Assembly (NCBI GenBank): GCA_964625125.1
Contig: CAZVAP010000002.1
Coordinates: forward strand, 1-40,485
Reading direction: 5' to 3'
Length of the DNA: 40,485 nt
Origin: an uncultured Candidatus Peribacteria bacterium
GTDB lineage: Bacteria > Patescibacteriota > Gracilibacteria > Absconditabacterales > Absconditicoccaceae
The notes under the pieces were generated by a model. That model was not told the DNA's origin. It ran no database searches and saw only the letters and a program-made list of their open reading frames with translations. Positions 25,961 to 37,286 of this stretch are shown here, in pieces (positions within the stretch are counted from its first letter, which is position 1; each line of letters begins with the position of its first letter). The position numbers and the translations under genes are program-made.

Positions 25961-27928
25961 TTAATTTTCAAAAAAGTTTTCTAAATCAGTTTTATAAATA
26001 CCATTAGTAGTAAGAATATAAACTACTCTTTTAGATAAAGAAGGTTTATAAATTACATCTACATCCTTAACCTGTGAATTTAGGTTAAACTTAATTTTAA
26101 ACAAATATTTTAACTTGTAAGAAAAAGTATATGATGTATTAGTTTTATAAGGTGTAGATAAATACACTACTAATGATTGAGTAGAATAATCATACAAATA
26201 AACATACTTATCATTATCTGATGTAATAACTTTAACTTTACCAGTAAAATCTGAATTAGAAATTTTTGCTTGCTCCCAACCAGGTACTAATCTAGCATAA
26301 AATTTTGTATCAAAATAATTTTTTCTATAAAATTGAGCCAATCCTTCTTTTGTCCAAACTAAAAATGTACCATCAATTGCAAATGTTGAACCTGTAAATA
26401 TTCAATTTAATAATTTAGAATCAGTTTTATTTGATAAAATATAAGGAGTAGCTTTACCAAAAGTATCCCTCGAATTTAATACATATCTTATAATAGGAGA
26501 ATTATTAGAAATATACTTTTTAGATGTAGTTAATACATAAAATTTATTTACACCATAAGTATTTATAGAAACTATATTATCTGGCCAAGATTTATCCAAA
26601 TTTTTTACAGATGATACTCAATATTTAGAAATATTTAAAATATCATTATTAGTCAAAGCACAATAAACTCCATTTTGAGATAAATTCTTTGTACAAGTTT
26701 TAATATTAGCTACACTAATAGTTTGATAAGTTGGTTTTAAATTTTTAGACACAATACCCAAAGCAACAGCTTTTTTAGATATAACATTCAAATAGCCATT
26801 AGTATAAATTAATTGCTGTAATCCAGATAACAATGCTTTATCCTTATCTGAAAATTTATAAATACTATCTAAAATTCAATCTTCATTAGTAACTATATTA
26901 ATATGGAAACCCTTAAAATATAATTGGTCTAATTTTTTCTTAAGTTCTTTTACCTCTAAAACTTGAATATTTGCCTTTTCTAACTCACTTAATTCCTTTT
27001 TTATATTTTCATATTGTTGTTTTGCAAGTTGTGTATTTGTATTATCTAACTTAGAAAATGCATCTATCTGTCTTTTAATAGAATCAATATCAAGTTTTAA
27101 CTTAACTTTTTTTCAATCAATAGTTGTAGTAATAGTAGGCTGATTATTTCAAATATAAGAAAATACTGATAAAATCAATAAAAATATAACAAATAAAGAA
27201 ACTCATATTCAAATTGGATATTTATAATTTTGTAAAAATTGTTTAACTTTATTAAATTTTTCTTTTGAAGATGAAATTTCAACTTTTACAATTTTAAATT
27301 CATAAACTAATGAAATTATAAAACCTATTTGAGCTGGCTCTATTCTAGTAGATAAGACTTCATATAAAGTTCAATTAATTTCTCAAGTATTAATAATATC
27401 CTTTAATTCTTCATCTCATAAATAATTATATACATTACAACCTACACTAATCAATTTATCATTATCTTCCAATTCTCCTCTAACTATTTCTGAAAAAACA
27501 TCAATTTTATCATCCTCTTCAATTTCATTAATAATCACTGCTTCTAATTTATTATTTCTTCAAATTATTAACGATGTTTCTCAAATTAAAACTCATATAT
27601 AATCTTGATCCCAAATAATTTGCAAAATTCACCTAATTTCTATTTTTGTATCCAAATTTAATTTTTCTTGAAAAATATTTAATTGAGTATTGAATTTTGT
27701 AATTTCCTTTTCCAAATACTCTCTAAAATCATAAAAATTATCATATTTATCTTTTAAAATTAATACATTAGAAAAAAAATCCGAAAACAAATTTTTCTGA
27801 TATTCTAGAAATGAATCAGAATAAAATACAACATCTAAATATATTTTTTTATTTTCATCCTCAAATTTTAATTGAAGTACCCTGTCCTCCTCAAGAAAAT
27901 AATTTTTTACTAACCTAGTATTAATCAT
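25961..27928 (-). CDS. Hypothetical bitopic membrane protein (655 aa)
   Basis: One frame is free of TAA/TAG between the track fragments across 26342..27629 (checked triplet by triplet). It fuses track ORFs 27629..27928, 26618..26833, 26402..26599 and 25961..26341. A central TM GVSLFVIFLLILSVFSYI is followed by a coiled coil (KQQYENIKKELSELEKANIQVLEVKELKKKL) and a beta-rich C-terminal domain. I recognise no family motif. Confidence 0.6.
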
Positions 27929-28061
27929 TATTTAAGCAAAGTAAAAAAATAAATTCTTTGTTTTTATAAACTATTTTATAAATTTTTCAATAAATAAGTT
28001 GATAACAAAAATATTTTATATAAAGTTCAAAAAAAATTTATTTAGATTTTACCTAATATAA

Positions 28062-28739
28062 ATGCTCTACTTTATTCCTACTCCAATTTGAAATTTAGAA
28101 GATATTACTATTAGGGCTTTAAACTTATTTAAAAATTTAAATATTTTCCTATGTGAAGATACAAGAACCTTTAAAAATCTACTTAAAAAATATGAAATTG
28201 ATTTTGCTGAAAAAAAATTTTACTCAATTACATCATATACTAACCAGTCTAAATTAAATTTTTATTTAGAATTAATAAAAAATAATGATGTATGAATTGT
28301 TTCTGAAGCATGAACCCCATGATTATCAGATCCTGGAAAAGAACTTATAAGAATTTGTTGGGAAAATCAAATAAAGTTTGAAGTTTTACCTTGAGCAAAT
28401 GCTTTAGTACCAGCTGTAGTTAGTGCATGCTTTGACACTTCCAAATTTATATTTTTAGGCTTTTTACCACAAAAAAAATGAAGACAAACTATGATAAAAT
28501 TCATAGTAAATAGTACTTTACCAGTTTTTATATATGAATCTGTACACAGAATAAATAAGACTTTAACTCAACTTAAAGAAAATAATTTCAAAGGAAAAAT
28601 ATTCATAATAAGAGAAATTTCTAAAATGTTTGAACAAAAAGAATGTGGTTATCTTGAAGAAATTGAAGAAAAAATTAATAATTGACAAATAAAGCTAAAA
28701 TGAGAATTTGTTTTATGAATAAAAAATGAAAATGTTTAA
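28062..28739 (+). CDS. rsmI: 16S rRNA (cytidine1402-2'-O)-methyltransferase RsmI (225 aa)
   Basis: LYFIPTPIGNLEDITIRAL...CEDTR...IVSEAGTPGLSDPG (both Gly are TGA: 28311..28313 and 28320..28322)...FLGFLPQKKGR. Confidence 0.85.
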
Positions 28740-30003
28740 AGTTAGTTGATTTCCAGAACTATTACCAGAAGAAAAATTAATTGAGGAAAAAATTATCAAT
28801 ATAATTAAAAAAAATTATCAACAAATATGATATACTCCAATAGAAACTCCTGCAGTAGAAAGAAACTCAGTTCTAACTGCAAAATGAGGTGATGAAGTAA
28901 GTAAACAAATTTTTTGATTATATGGACTAGCTCAATGATGTGAAGATAAAAAAGATTACTCATTACATTTTGATTTAACAGTGCCTTTTGCAAGATTTAT
29001 AATAGACCATAAAAATGAACTTACTTTCCCTTTCAAAAGAAGCCAAATTCAAAAAGTTCGAAGATGAGAAAGAGCCCAAAAATGAAGATTTAGAGAATTT
29101 TACCAAGCAGATATTGATGTAATATGGGAAAGTGAAAAAAACTTTGAATTTTATGATGCTGAAATTGTTTTTACAATAAATAAAACTTTACAAAATATTT
29201 TCTCAGAACTAAAAATAAACGAAACTTTTACAATAAAATTAAACAACAAAAAAATAATTAGCTGATTTTTAAAATGAATAAATTTAGATGAAAAAATACT
29301 AGAGATCACAAGTATAATTGACAAAAAAGATAAAATTTCACAAGAAGAATTTATAAATTTACTAAAAAAAGAAAGATTAACACCAAACCAGATAAATCAA
29401 ATTACAGATTTCACCAAAGCTACTATTGATAAAATTACACCATTAAATGAGGAAATGGGAAAATGAATAAATGAATTACAAAACCTTCTAAATAATTTAC
29501 AAAACCTATGAGTATCAAATATACAAGTAGATTTTTGAATAGTAAGATGACTAGATTATTATACCGGAATGGTATTTGAAACATTTATTGACAATAATAG
29601 AAAGTTAGGCTCTATTGCTTCTGGATGAAAATATGAAAATTTTACAAAATTTATAGATAATAAATTTAGTTTTTCAGGAGTATGAGGTTCTATATGAATT
29701 TCAAGATTAGAAAGTTTTATATTTGAAAAATTAGAATTAAATAAAAAAACTACAACTGAGTATCTTATAATAAATTTTCCTGAAACAAAAAAAGAAAGTC
29801 TAAATCTACTTATTTCTTTATTAAATCAAGGAAAACAAGTTGAATACTATCCAAACAATGATAAACTAAAAAAACAATTTAAATATGCAGATAAAAAATG
29901 AATAAAATATTGTATTATATTGGGAGAAAATGAGCTTAAAGAATGATACTATTTACAAAAAAATATGATAACTTGAGAACAAGAAAAAATATACTTGAAA
30001 TAA
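28726..30003 (+). CDS. hisS: Histidine--tRNA ligase (425 aa)
   Basis: GFPELLPEE...TPAVE...[12 protein letters not shown]...[21 protein letters not shown]...[12 protein letters not shown]...GGKYEN...GVGGSIGISRL. I checked the frame across 29101..30003. It overlaps the rsmI end by 14 nt; an alternative ATG lies at 28732. Confidence 0.9.
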
Positions 30004-30057
30004 AAAACTCTTTTTTTATATTGACATTAAGTTTAATTTTTAACAATTTTTTAACAA

Positions 30058-31155
30058 ATGGTATTTGAAAAAAAAATCATTGTAAAACCTTGAACTATAG
30101 ACCTTTCTAAAACAAATTTAAAAGATATAATTAGCCTTTGTACTCCTGAAGAACAATTTGTATTAACTGAGAAATATGGGCTTATAAGCAATAAACCTAC
30201 TCCTATGCAACAAATTTGACAAAAATTCAACATGTCAAGAGAAAGAATCAGACAAATACTAAATAAATCTTTAAATAAAGTAAGAAGATTAATTTCTCAT
30301 GATAAAAACCTTGAAAATATAATAAAATTAGCTCATCAAATAACCAAAGAAAATTGATATATAATCTCAGAAAAAGAACTAATAAACACATTATTAAATA
30401 AAATAGAATGAAACTTTTCTTATAATGAACTATTACTAATTTTAACATCTGACTATGATTTATACTATTTGCATAGAAATAAAAGGTTTGATAAAATTTT
30501 CTTCATAGAGCCATTATTTGAAGACTTAATAAATGATATACATGATACTGCTTATGAAATTTTAGAAACTGAAAAAACTTTATTCACACAAGAACTAATT
30601 GATAAGTTAAAAAGCTTATTTATCAATAAGTTTAATAGAAATTTATCTATAAAAGAAGTATTAGAAAATGATAAAGTTTATCAAAATATATTTAACTACT
30701 CAAGGCACATTTACCAATTTGACTGAAAAATTTGACTTGAAGATAACCCTATAGTAAACCCAAAAACAATAAAACTAAAAATTTTCTATATCTTAGACAA
30801 AGAAGGAAAACCTTTACATTATTCTGAAATATTTAAAAGAATTAAGGAAGTTTTTAACTTATCAAAAATAAAGGAAACTACAGTTCATAATGAACTAGTA
30901 AAAAATAAAGAATTTATAAATGTAGGAATGTGAACTTATGGATTAACAAAATGGTGATATAAAGGAACAAATACACTGGAAACTATAAAAAACATACTAA
31001 AAAAGGCTTGAAGACCAATGAAAATTTCAGAAATTACAAAAGAAGTTCTTAAAGAAAGAAACATCAGAGAAATTACAGTATTAATGACTTTACAAAAAAA
31101 TCCACAAGTCTTTAAAAGAGTATCTAAATGAGTTTATACATTAAACAAAGACTAG
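30058..31155 (+). CDS. DNA-binding protein with sigma-70 region-4-like HTH and C-terminal HARE-HTH-like domain (365 aa)
   Basis: EEQFVLTEKYGL...PMQQIGQKFNMSRERIRQILNKSLNKVRR is sigma r4-like. PLHYSEIFKRIKE...TVHNELVKNKEFINVGMGTYGLTKWG is a HARE-HTH pattern, followed by a second similar repeat. It ends at TAG 31153..31155. Confidence 0.6.
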
Positions 31156-31174
31156 GGGACTCCCTAGTTTTTTA
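31151..31174. terminator. Bidirectional stem-loop shared by two convergent genes
   Basis: ACTAGGG (31151..31157) pairs with CCCTAGT (31162..31168) across the loop GACT, followed by TTTTTT. The TAG of the + gene (31153..31155) and the TAG of the - gene (rc 31164..31166) sit in opposite arms of the stem. Confidence 0.6.
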
Positions 31175-32690
31175 TTATTTTAAAATACCTACTTAAATCC
31201 TTTAAAGTCATACCAAAATAACTTAACCAACTATTTCTCAAAGCATAAGTTATATCATAATAGTAATTATTAACTTTAGAAACCTGATGATAGTATCATC
31301 TATTAGAATATCAATCTACAATATCAGCATTTTGTCAATTAAACAAAGCTACTAAAGAAAATATATCTGATAAAGTTTGACAAACTCAATTTTTTGTTTT
31401 CAAAGTATAAAAATCAATCCAATTTTTCATTAATGATTTGTTGTTATTCAAATATTTATCTAATTCTCAATTTTTATAAGGATGTTTATTTATAAAATTA
31501 GAAATTTTTTCATTATAAGAAAAATTCATTTTCATATACTTAAATACTTCAGATAACTTTTTTCAATTAAATTTTAAAGAAAACACAATTAAATCTTTCA
31601 TATCTTTAGGAGTATAAGTATAATAACCTCTAGAAATAAAATAAAAAGTAGGTTCCAATATTTTTCATAATTTATTTAAATCAACATTCCCATAAAGTCT
31701 TTTATCTCAAAGATAAAAAAAATCAACAACTCAAGGCTCCAATAAATAAAAATTATTTTTATAAAAAAATACTAAGTTATAATTCTTTTTTAGAATTCAA
31801 TATATTAAAAAATCTAAATTTTTAGCCAAGAAATATTTAAAACTATTTTTATTAAAAGAAAATCAGAAAAGTTTACCATTATATTCAATAATTCATTTAG
31901 TAGGGAAAGTAGAATTATTTTGTGTATAAAACTTATCAATAACCAAAACTCAGTGCTTTTTTAATATATCTAAATTCTGTTTAACAGATAATTTAGGAGA
32001 CATTCAATCTAAATAAATAACATTAACCTTTTTTACAAATAAAGCTTCAGAATTTCAATAAAAAAGATAATCTGCTTTATACTTATGTAAATAATAATCT
32101 GCTTTTTTTACTATGTCCTTAATAACTGATGAAGAAGCTCTAATATAAGAATAGCCATTTAGTCTATACCAGGAATTGTTAACTTTTATATTAAATCAGA
32201 TTTTATCCTGTAAAGGAGAAACTCTTTTTAAAGGTAAAATATTTTCATAGTTAAAAATAGGTTTTAGCTGAAATTCTTTATCCAATGAATTTAAAAATTT
32301 TGTGTTAATAACTGAATTTAATTGAAAATCTCACCTTAATTTAATATTGGAAGAAGCAATATTTTGTTTTTTAATTTTATTTTTAGAATTAGATGATAAT
32401 AAAGTTTTACACTTTCTTTCTTCAAGACTTTTTTTAAGTTGAATCCTATAAGCAAATAAATTAAGAAAGTCTTTATATTTAGGATATTTATTAGAATATC
32501 TATGTAATATATAAGAAATTTTATCATAATAAAAAGGAGCTTTCCTACAATATACGTTTAGAAGTGGGAATTTCTTATGTAATCTTATATCAATTTTATT
32601 AATATAGGAATTAATAAAATCATCGTAGTTTACTGCCAATGAAGTTCAACTAAATAAAATAAGTAAGATAAAAAAAACAATTTTTCTCAT
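31164..32690 (-). CDS. Secreted transglutaminase-like (Cys-His-Asp) domain protein (508 aa)
   Basis: Signal peptide MRKIVFFILLILFSGTSLA. The C-terminal core NGVCQTLSDIFSLVALFNGQNADIVDGYSNRGYYHQVSKVNNYYYDITY matches the transglutaminase-core spacing (C...H...D). It extends track ORF 32331..32639. Confidence 0.65.
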
Positions 32691-32757
32691 TTGTATTTAT
32701 TTTTATTTCTAAAAAAGTATAGTATATTATTATTTTACCAATTTATTTGTCAATAAA

Positions 32758-34395
32758 ATGTTTAGCATAGCTTTTTCAGGACCAGCTTGAAGTTGAGTAA
32801 ATACAGCTTGATTAATTATAGCAACATACTTAAATAAACTATGATATAAAGTTTACTGAGATAAAGAGTATCAAAGTATCATAAAATGATGAAACAATAC
32901 TTTTATTGTCTATTTTGATGAAAAAGATATTTTTCTTTCAAAAAAAATAAATTTATTTTTTGCTTTTGATAACTTATCTATCCAAAGAAATCAAAAAATA
33001 TATGAAATTGAAAATATCATAGCTATACCATATGAAAACTGACTTTATCAAAATATAATAAGTGTATGAGCTGCATTTAAAAGTCTTGGTATCCCAGTTA
33101 CTGAAGCAATAAATCATTTAAAAGACTATTTTTCTTATAAAATTTTACCTGATGAAATCATCAAAAAAAATATAGAATCTCTAAAAATAGGGTATAAAAT
33201 AGAAATTTCTAAAACTAAACCTATAAAAAAAATATGAGAACCTAGTATTTTCCAGGATTGAAATAAAACTATAGCTGAATGAGCATTAAAAGGTTGATTA
33301 GAATTTTATTCAGCATATCCAATGACTCCAGCTTCTAGTTTAATAAAGTATTTATCAAATAAAATAACTTTCTTCCAAGGAGAAGATGAAATAGCAGTTG
33401 CAATGTCTATGCTAGGTGCAAGATTTGCAGGTAAAAAAGCTATGTGTTGAACTTCCGGATGATGATTTGCTTTAATGGTTGAAAGTATAAGTTTTGCCAA
33501 CCAGGCTGAAATATGATGAGTTTATATATTATCTCAAAGATGAGGACCTTCTACTTGAACTCCAACATTTACAGAACAATGAGATATATTATTTGCTTGT
33601 AACCCAACTTTTTGAGATACCAAACCAATTGTTATATATCCAAATACATTTGAAAATTGATATAACCTAATTCAAAAAGCATTAAATTGGTCAGAAATCT
33701 ATCAACATCCTATAGTGGTATTACTGGATAAGCAATTTTCAGAAAGTTATTACACCTTAAAATTAAAAGAAGAAAATAATAATTCCCAAATTAATATAGA
33801 TGAAATTAAATTTAATCCTACTAAACCTGAAAAATTTAAAGAATTTAAAAGTTTACAGGAAGATAAGTTTTTAAGATACAAAATAAATGAAAATGGAATA
33901 TCAGCTTATACATATCCTTGAATAAAAAATTGAGAATTTATAGCTTCAAGCTATGAACATACAGAAAGCTGATTTTCTACAGAAGACCCTGAAATTAAAC
34001 AGAAAATGACTGAGAAAAGACATAAAAAGCTAAAAACATTTAAAAATAGAGAATTTAATGAAAACTTTTATGGTTATGAAATAATAAATCCAGATGCTAA
34101 AAAGTTTATCATTACCACAGGGATAAATCATTTAGTATGTAAAAAATTTGCACAAGATAATAACTGGTGATTAATAACAATTACAATGATTCAACCTTTA
34201 GATACAAGATTTAAAAAATACTTGGAAAATGCAGAAGAAATTGTATTTGTAGAATTAAACAAGAGTTGACAATTACAACAAATAGTAAGCTGTGAAATAT
34301 GATTAAACTGCCAAAATTACAAAAATAAAGTAAAACATATTAGAAAATACAATAACTATCCTTTATTTATTGAAGACTTAAATAAACTTTTATAA
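32758..34395 (+). CDS. 2-oxoacid:ferredoxin oxidoreductase, fused gamma-alpha subunit (545 aa)
   Basis: Gamma-like N-terminus FSGPAGSGVNTAGLII. Alpha motifs: DGNKTIAEGALKGGLEFYSAYPMTPASS...GEDEIAVAMSMLGARFAGKKAMCGTSGGGFALM...GGPSTGTPT. It contains track ORF 33715..33921. It ends at TAA. Confidence 0.8.
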
Positions 34396-34410
34396 TTAAA
34401 ATATAAACCA

Positions 34411-35256
34411 ATGCTTTATGATGCTCATACTCACCTAAACTCACCAGAGTTATTCCCAAAATATGAAGAATTATTGGAAAATTTTTTAAAAGTAAATTGA
34501 AAAATTTTAGTAAATGTTTGAGTTGATTATGAACGGACCCAAAGAGCACTTGAAATAGCTAAAAAATATCCAGCTTATTGTTTAGCAACAGCTGGTTTTC
34601 ATCCATCTGAAGTAATTTTTAAAGAAAAAAACTGAAAATTTTTATTTAATATGGAATATTTAAACTGGACAGATTATTTAACAGAAGTAGAAAAATATAT
34701 TTCAAATTTAATTGAAACTCAACAAATAGTAGCAATATGAGAATGTGGACTAGATTATCATTACACTGAAAAAAATAAAGAACCTTTAACAGAAACTACA
34801 AAAGAAAAGCAAAAAGAACTTTTTATTCTGCAGTGTGAAATAGCTAAAAAATATGATTTTCCACTAATTATTCACTCAAGAGATGCTTTCAAAGATACTA
34901 TAGAAATTTTAAAAAACTTTAATAATCTTAAAATCTATTTTCATTGTTGGTGATACTGACCAGAAGAAATTAAACAAGCAATAGAATTATTCCCAAATTT
35001 AAAAGTTTGATTTGATTGAAACATAACTTATAAAAAAGCTGATAATTTAAGGCAATCTGCTATAACTTGTCCTTTAGATAAAATTTTATTAGAAACTGAT
35101 GCTCCATATCTTACACCACAAATAATAAGAAAAGAACAAAACCAACCAGCAAATGTAAAATATGTATATGAATTTGTAGCTCAATTAAAAAATTTAAGCC
35201 TAATAGAATTAGAACTAGCTATAGAAGAAAATTTCTTTAATTTTTACTGAATATAA
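34411..35256 (+). CDS. tatD: TatD-family metal-dependent hydrolase/DNase (281 aa)
   Basis: MLYDAHTHL...GFHP...IGECGLDYH...PLIIHSRDA...FHCWGYG...LLETDAPYLTP. Confidence 0.85.
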
Positions 35257-35717
35257 TGAAACCAGCCATAGCATTAGAAAATATAAGAAGTGCCTACAAT
35301 GTAGGAAATATAATAAGAACTGCTGATGCTTTAGGTTTTGATGTTATATTATTATGATATAGCCCTTCTCCATTAGAAAATGAAAAAGTATTAAAAACAT
35401 CATTATGAGCAGAAAAAAATGTTAATTTAAAACAATTTTATAATACAAAAAAATGAATTGATTTTATTAAACAAAATTACAACTTATTAATCTCAGCTGA
35501 GTTAACCTCTAATGCAATTCCTTTGACTGAATTACCTAAAAAAATTAAAAATAAATCTTACTGCTTACTTGTAGGAAATGAAGTAAATTGAGTTAGTCTA
35601 GAAACATTAGAAAGATCTGATATTATAAGTTTTATACCTATGAAATGAGTTAAGGAAAGTTTAAATGTATGTGAAGCAGCTACTATATTTATGTGGCATT
35701 TATCAGTAAATATTTAA
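35256..35717 (+). CDS. SpoU/TrmH-family RNA 2'-O-methyltransferase (153 aa)
   Basis: LENIRSAYNVGNIIRTADALG...LLVGNEVNGVS...IPMKGVKESLNVCEAATIFMW. The ATG overlaps the tatD TAA (TAATG at 35254..35258). Confidence 0.8.
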
Positions 35718-35718
35718 A

Positions 35719-36066
35719 ATGAAATTTTTTCTAATAATAAACTTTTTAAAAATATTAATTTGAGGAAGCATTATTTATTTAGCTTACAACTATATTGATA
35801 TTAGTAAGGATTTTTTAATTTGAGTTTGAGTTATGAGTTTAGGAATTTTCCTATTTCTATGGTGAATTAGTTTTTTTTTGCTTGCTTGAATAATTTATTT
35901 AATTAACAAAAATCCTAAAAAAGCCTGCTTAACAGCCTATAAATATACTGGATTATTTGCTGTTTATATTATCGTAAATTTTTTATTATTAGCTTTTAAC
36001 TTTTGGAATAAAATTATAGGATTTACTTTACTTATTTGCTTTATAATACTATGAATATTGATTTAG
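35719..36066 (+). CDS. Small hydrophobic membrane protein (115 aa)
   Basis: The ATG lies 1 nt after the previous stop. There are three to four hydrophobic segments (e.g. VMSLGIFLFLWGISFFLLAGIIYLI). It ends at TAG 36064..36066. No family motif. Confidence 0.5.
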
Positions 36067-36683
36067 ATAATGAAATTTTAAAAGAAATTGAAAAATTTTT
36101 AGATAATAACTTAGATAATTTCATTGCACAAAATATTTTAAAAGACCAAAAAAATATTGATGAACTTTTAAGAAAAATACAAACAAAATTTAACTTAAAA
36201 AATTATCCTTATAAAATAATTTGTTTAGATATTTCACATAATAGCTGACAAAATCCTGTAGGATGAATTTCTGCAATGAAGTGATGATTTTTAAGTAAAA
36301 AAGATTATAGACAAATTAAGATACCAACTGAACTTTGAGGAAATGACTATGAAAGTATTAAATTTTGCCTAAATAAATATTTTGAGAACAATCAAGCTGA
36401 TTTAGTAATTATCGATTGATGAAAAGGCCAATTAAATACAATTTTTAATTTACCAAATAAAATATTACTTAAAACAGATTTTATAAGTATATGAAAATGA
36501 AAAGCTAGAAAAAGAAGCTGAAAATTAGAATGAAAACACGAAATTTTTTACACACTAAATTGAGAAATCCCAGTAAATTATGAATTATTAGAGGATAAAT
36601 TGCTAATAAAACTTAGAGATGAAGCCCATAGATTTGCTAATAAATATAGAACTAAAATTTGACAAATTAAAAATAAAATTTAA
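36051..36683 (+). CDS. Stand-alone UvrC C-terminal (RNase H-like, 5'-incision) endonuclease domain protein (210 aa)
   Basis: YKIICLDISHNSG (36222..36239), VIIDGGKGQL (GG = TGA TGA, 36417..36422) and LRDEAHRFANKYR (36618..36635) correspond to the UvrC catalytic Asp/Asp/His region. There is no GIY-YIG, UvrB-binding or HhH region. I chose ATG 36051 rather than the track's TTG at 36036. Confidence 0.7.
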
Positions 36684-36716
36684 AATTAAATTAAGTTTTA
36701 AAAATAAAAATAAAGT

Positions 36717-37256
36717 ATGGAAAATTTAAAATCCTTTGAATCATATGAAAATAATCCTGAGCAAAATCTTTTAAAAGAAACAAAAAACAAATTAACTTCT
36801 CTCACAACTGAATTAAAAAAAAGCTTAGAGTTACTAAATGAACCTCTTATAAAAGACTCAATAAAACAAATTAATACTCTATTGTCAATTAATGACTTAT
36901 CTGAAATAAACATTACGGAAAAGACAAATATACTAATTGAAAAATTAAGTTTATCAACAAATCCTCTAGCAAAAGATTTATTAAATGTAGTGTACTTAAT
37001 ACAACTTAAAGATTTCTGAGAAGTTTCTTTAGATGAAGTAAAATTATGAATAGAAAATATAATAGAAAGTAAAAACTTGCCAAAATCTATAAAACTAAAA
37101 ACAATTAGATGGTTAAAAAACAATGACTATTTAATTTGAGATAAGTTTGAACAAGTAAAATTACAAAACGAATTATTCAAAAAATATCCAAATTATAATT
37201 GGTTTAACTTTGAACCAACAACTACGGGTGAATACACAAACATATTTACACCATAA
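36717..37256 (+). CDS. Hypothetical protein (179 aa)
   Basis: Track ORF 36717..37019 continues through three TGAs to TAA 37254..37256, directly in front of a terminator hairpin. It is co-directional with its neighbours. No motif recognised. Confidence 0.5.
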
Positions 37257-37286
37257 ATAACCCAGATAAAATGGGTTATTTTTTTC
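37256..37286. terminator. Stem-loop between convergent genes
   Basis: AATAACCCA (37256..37264) pairs with TGGGTTATT (37272..37280) across a 7-nt loop, followed by TTTTTT. The TAA of the minus-strand methyltransferase (rc 37276..37278) lies inside the 3' arm. Confidence 0.6.

Noticed and set aside
30021-30049. TTGACA as a -35 box upstream of the HARE-HTH gene
   Set aside because: No acceptable TATAAT-like hexamer lies at 16-18 nt spacing (CAATTT/ACAATT). In DNA this AT-rich such matches are not informative.
36698-37123. 141-aa minus-strand ORF
   Set aside because: It is antisense to the plus-strand CDS 36717..37256, which continues through TGA to a terminator and is co-directional with its neighbours. 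The minus-strand product is a Phe/Ser-rich shadow.
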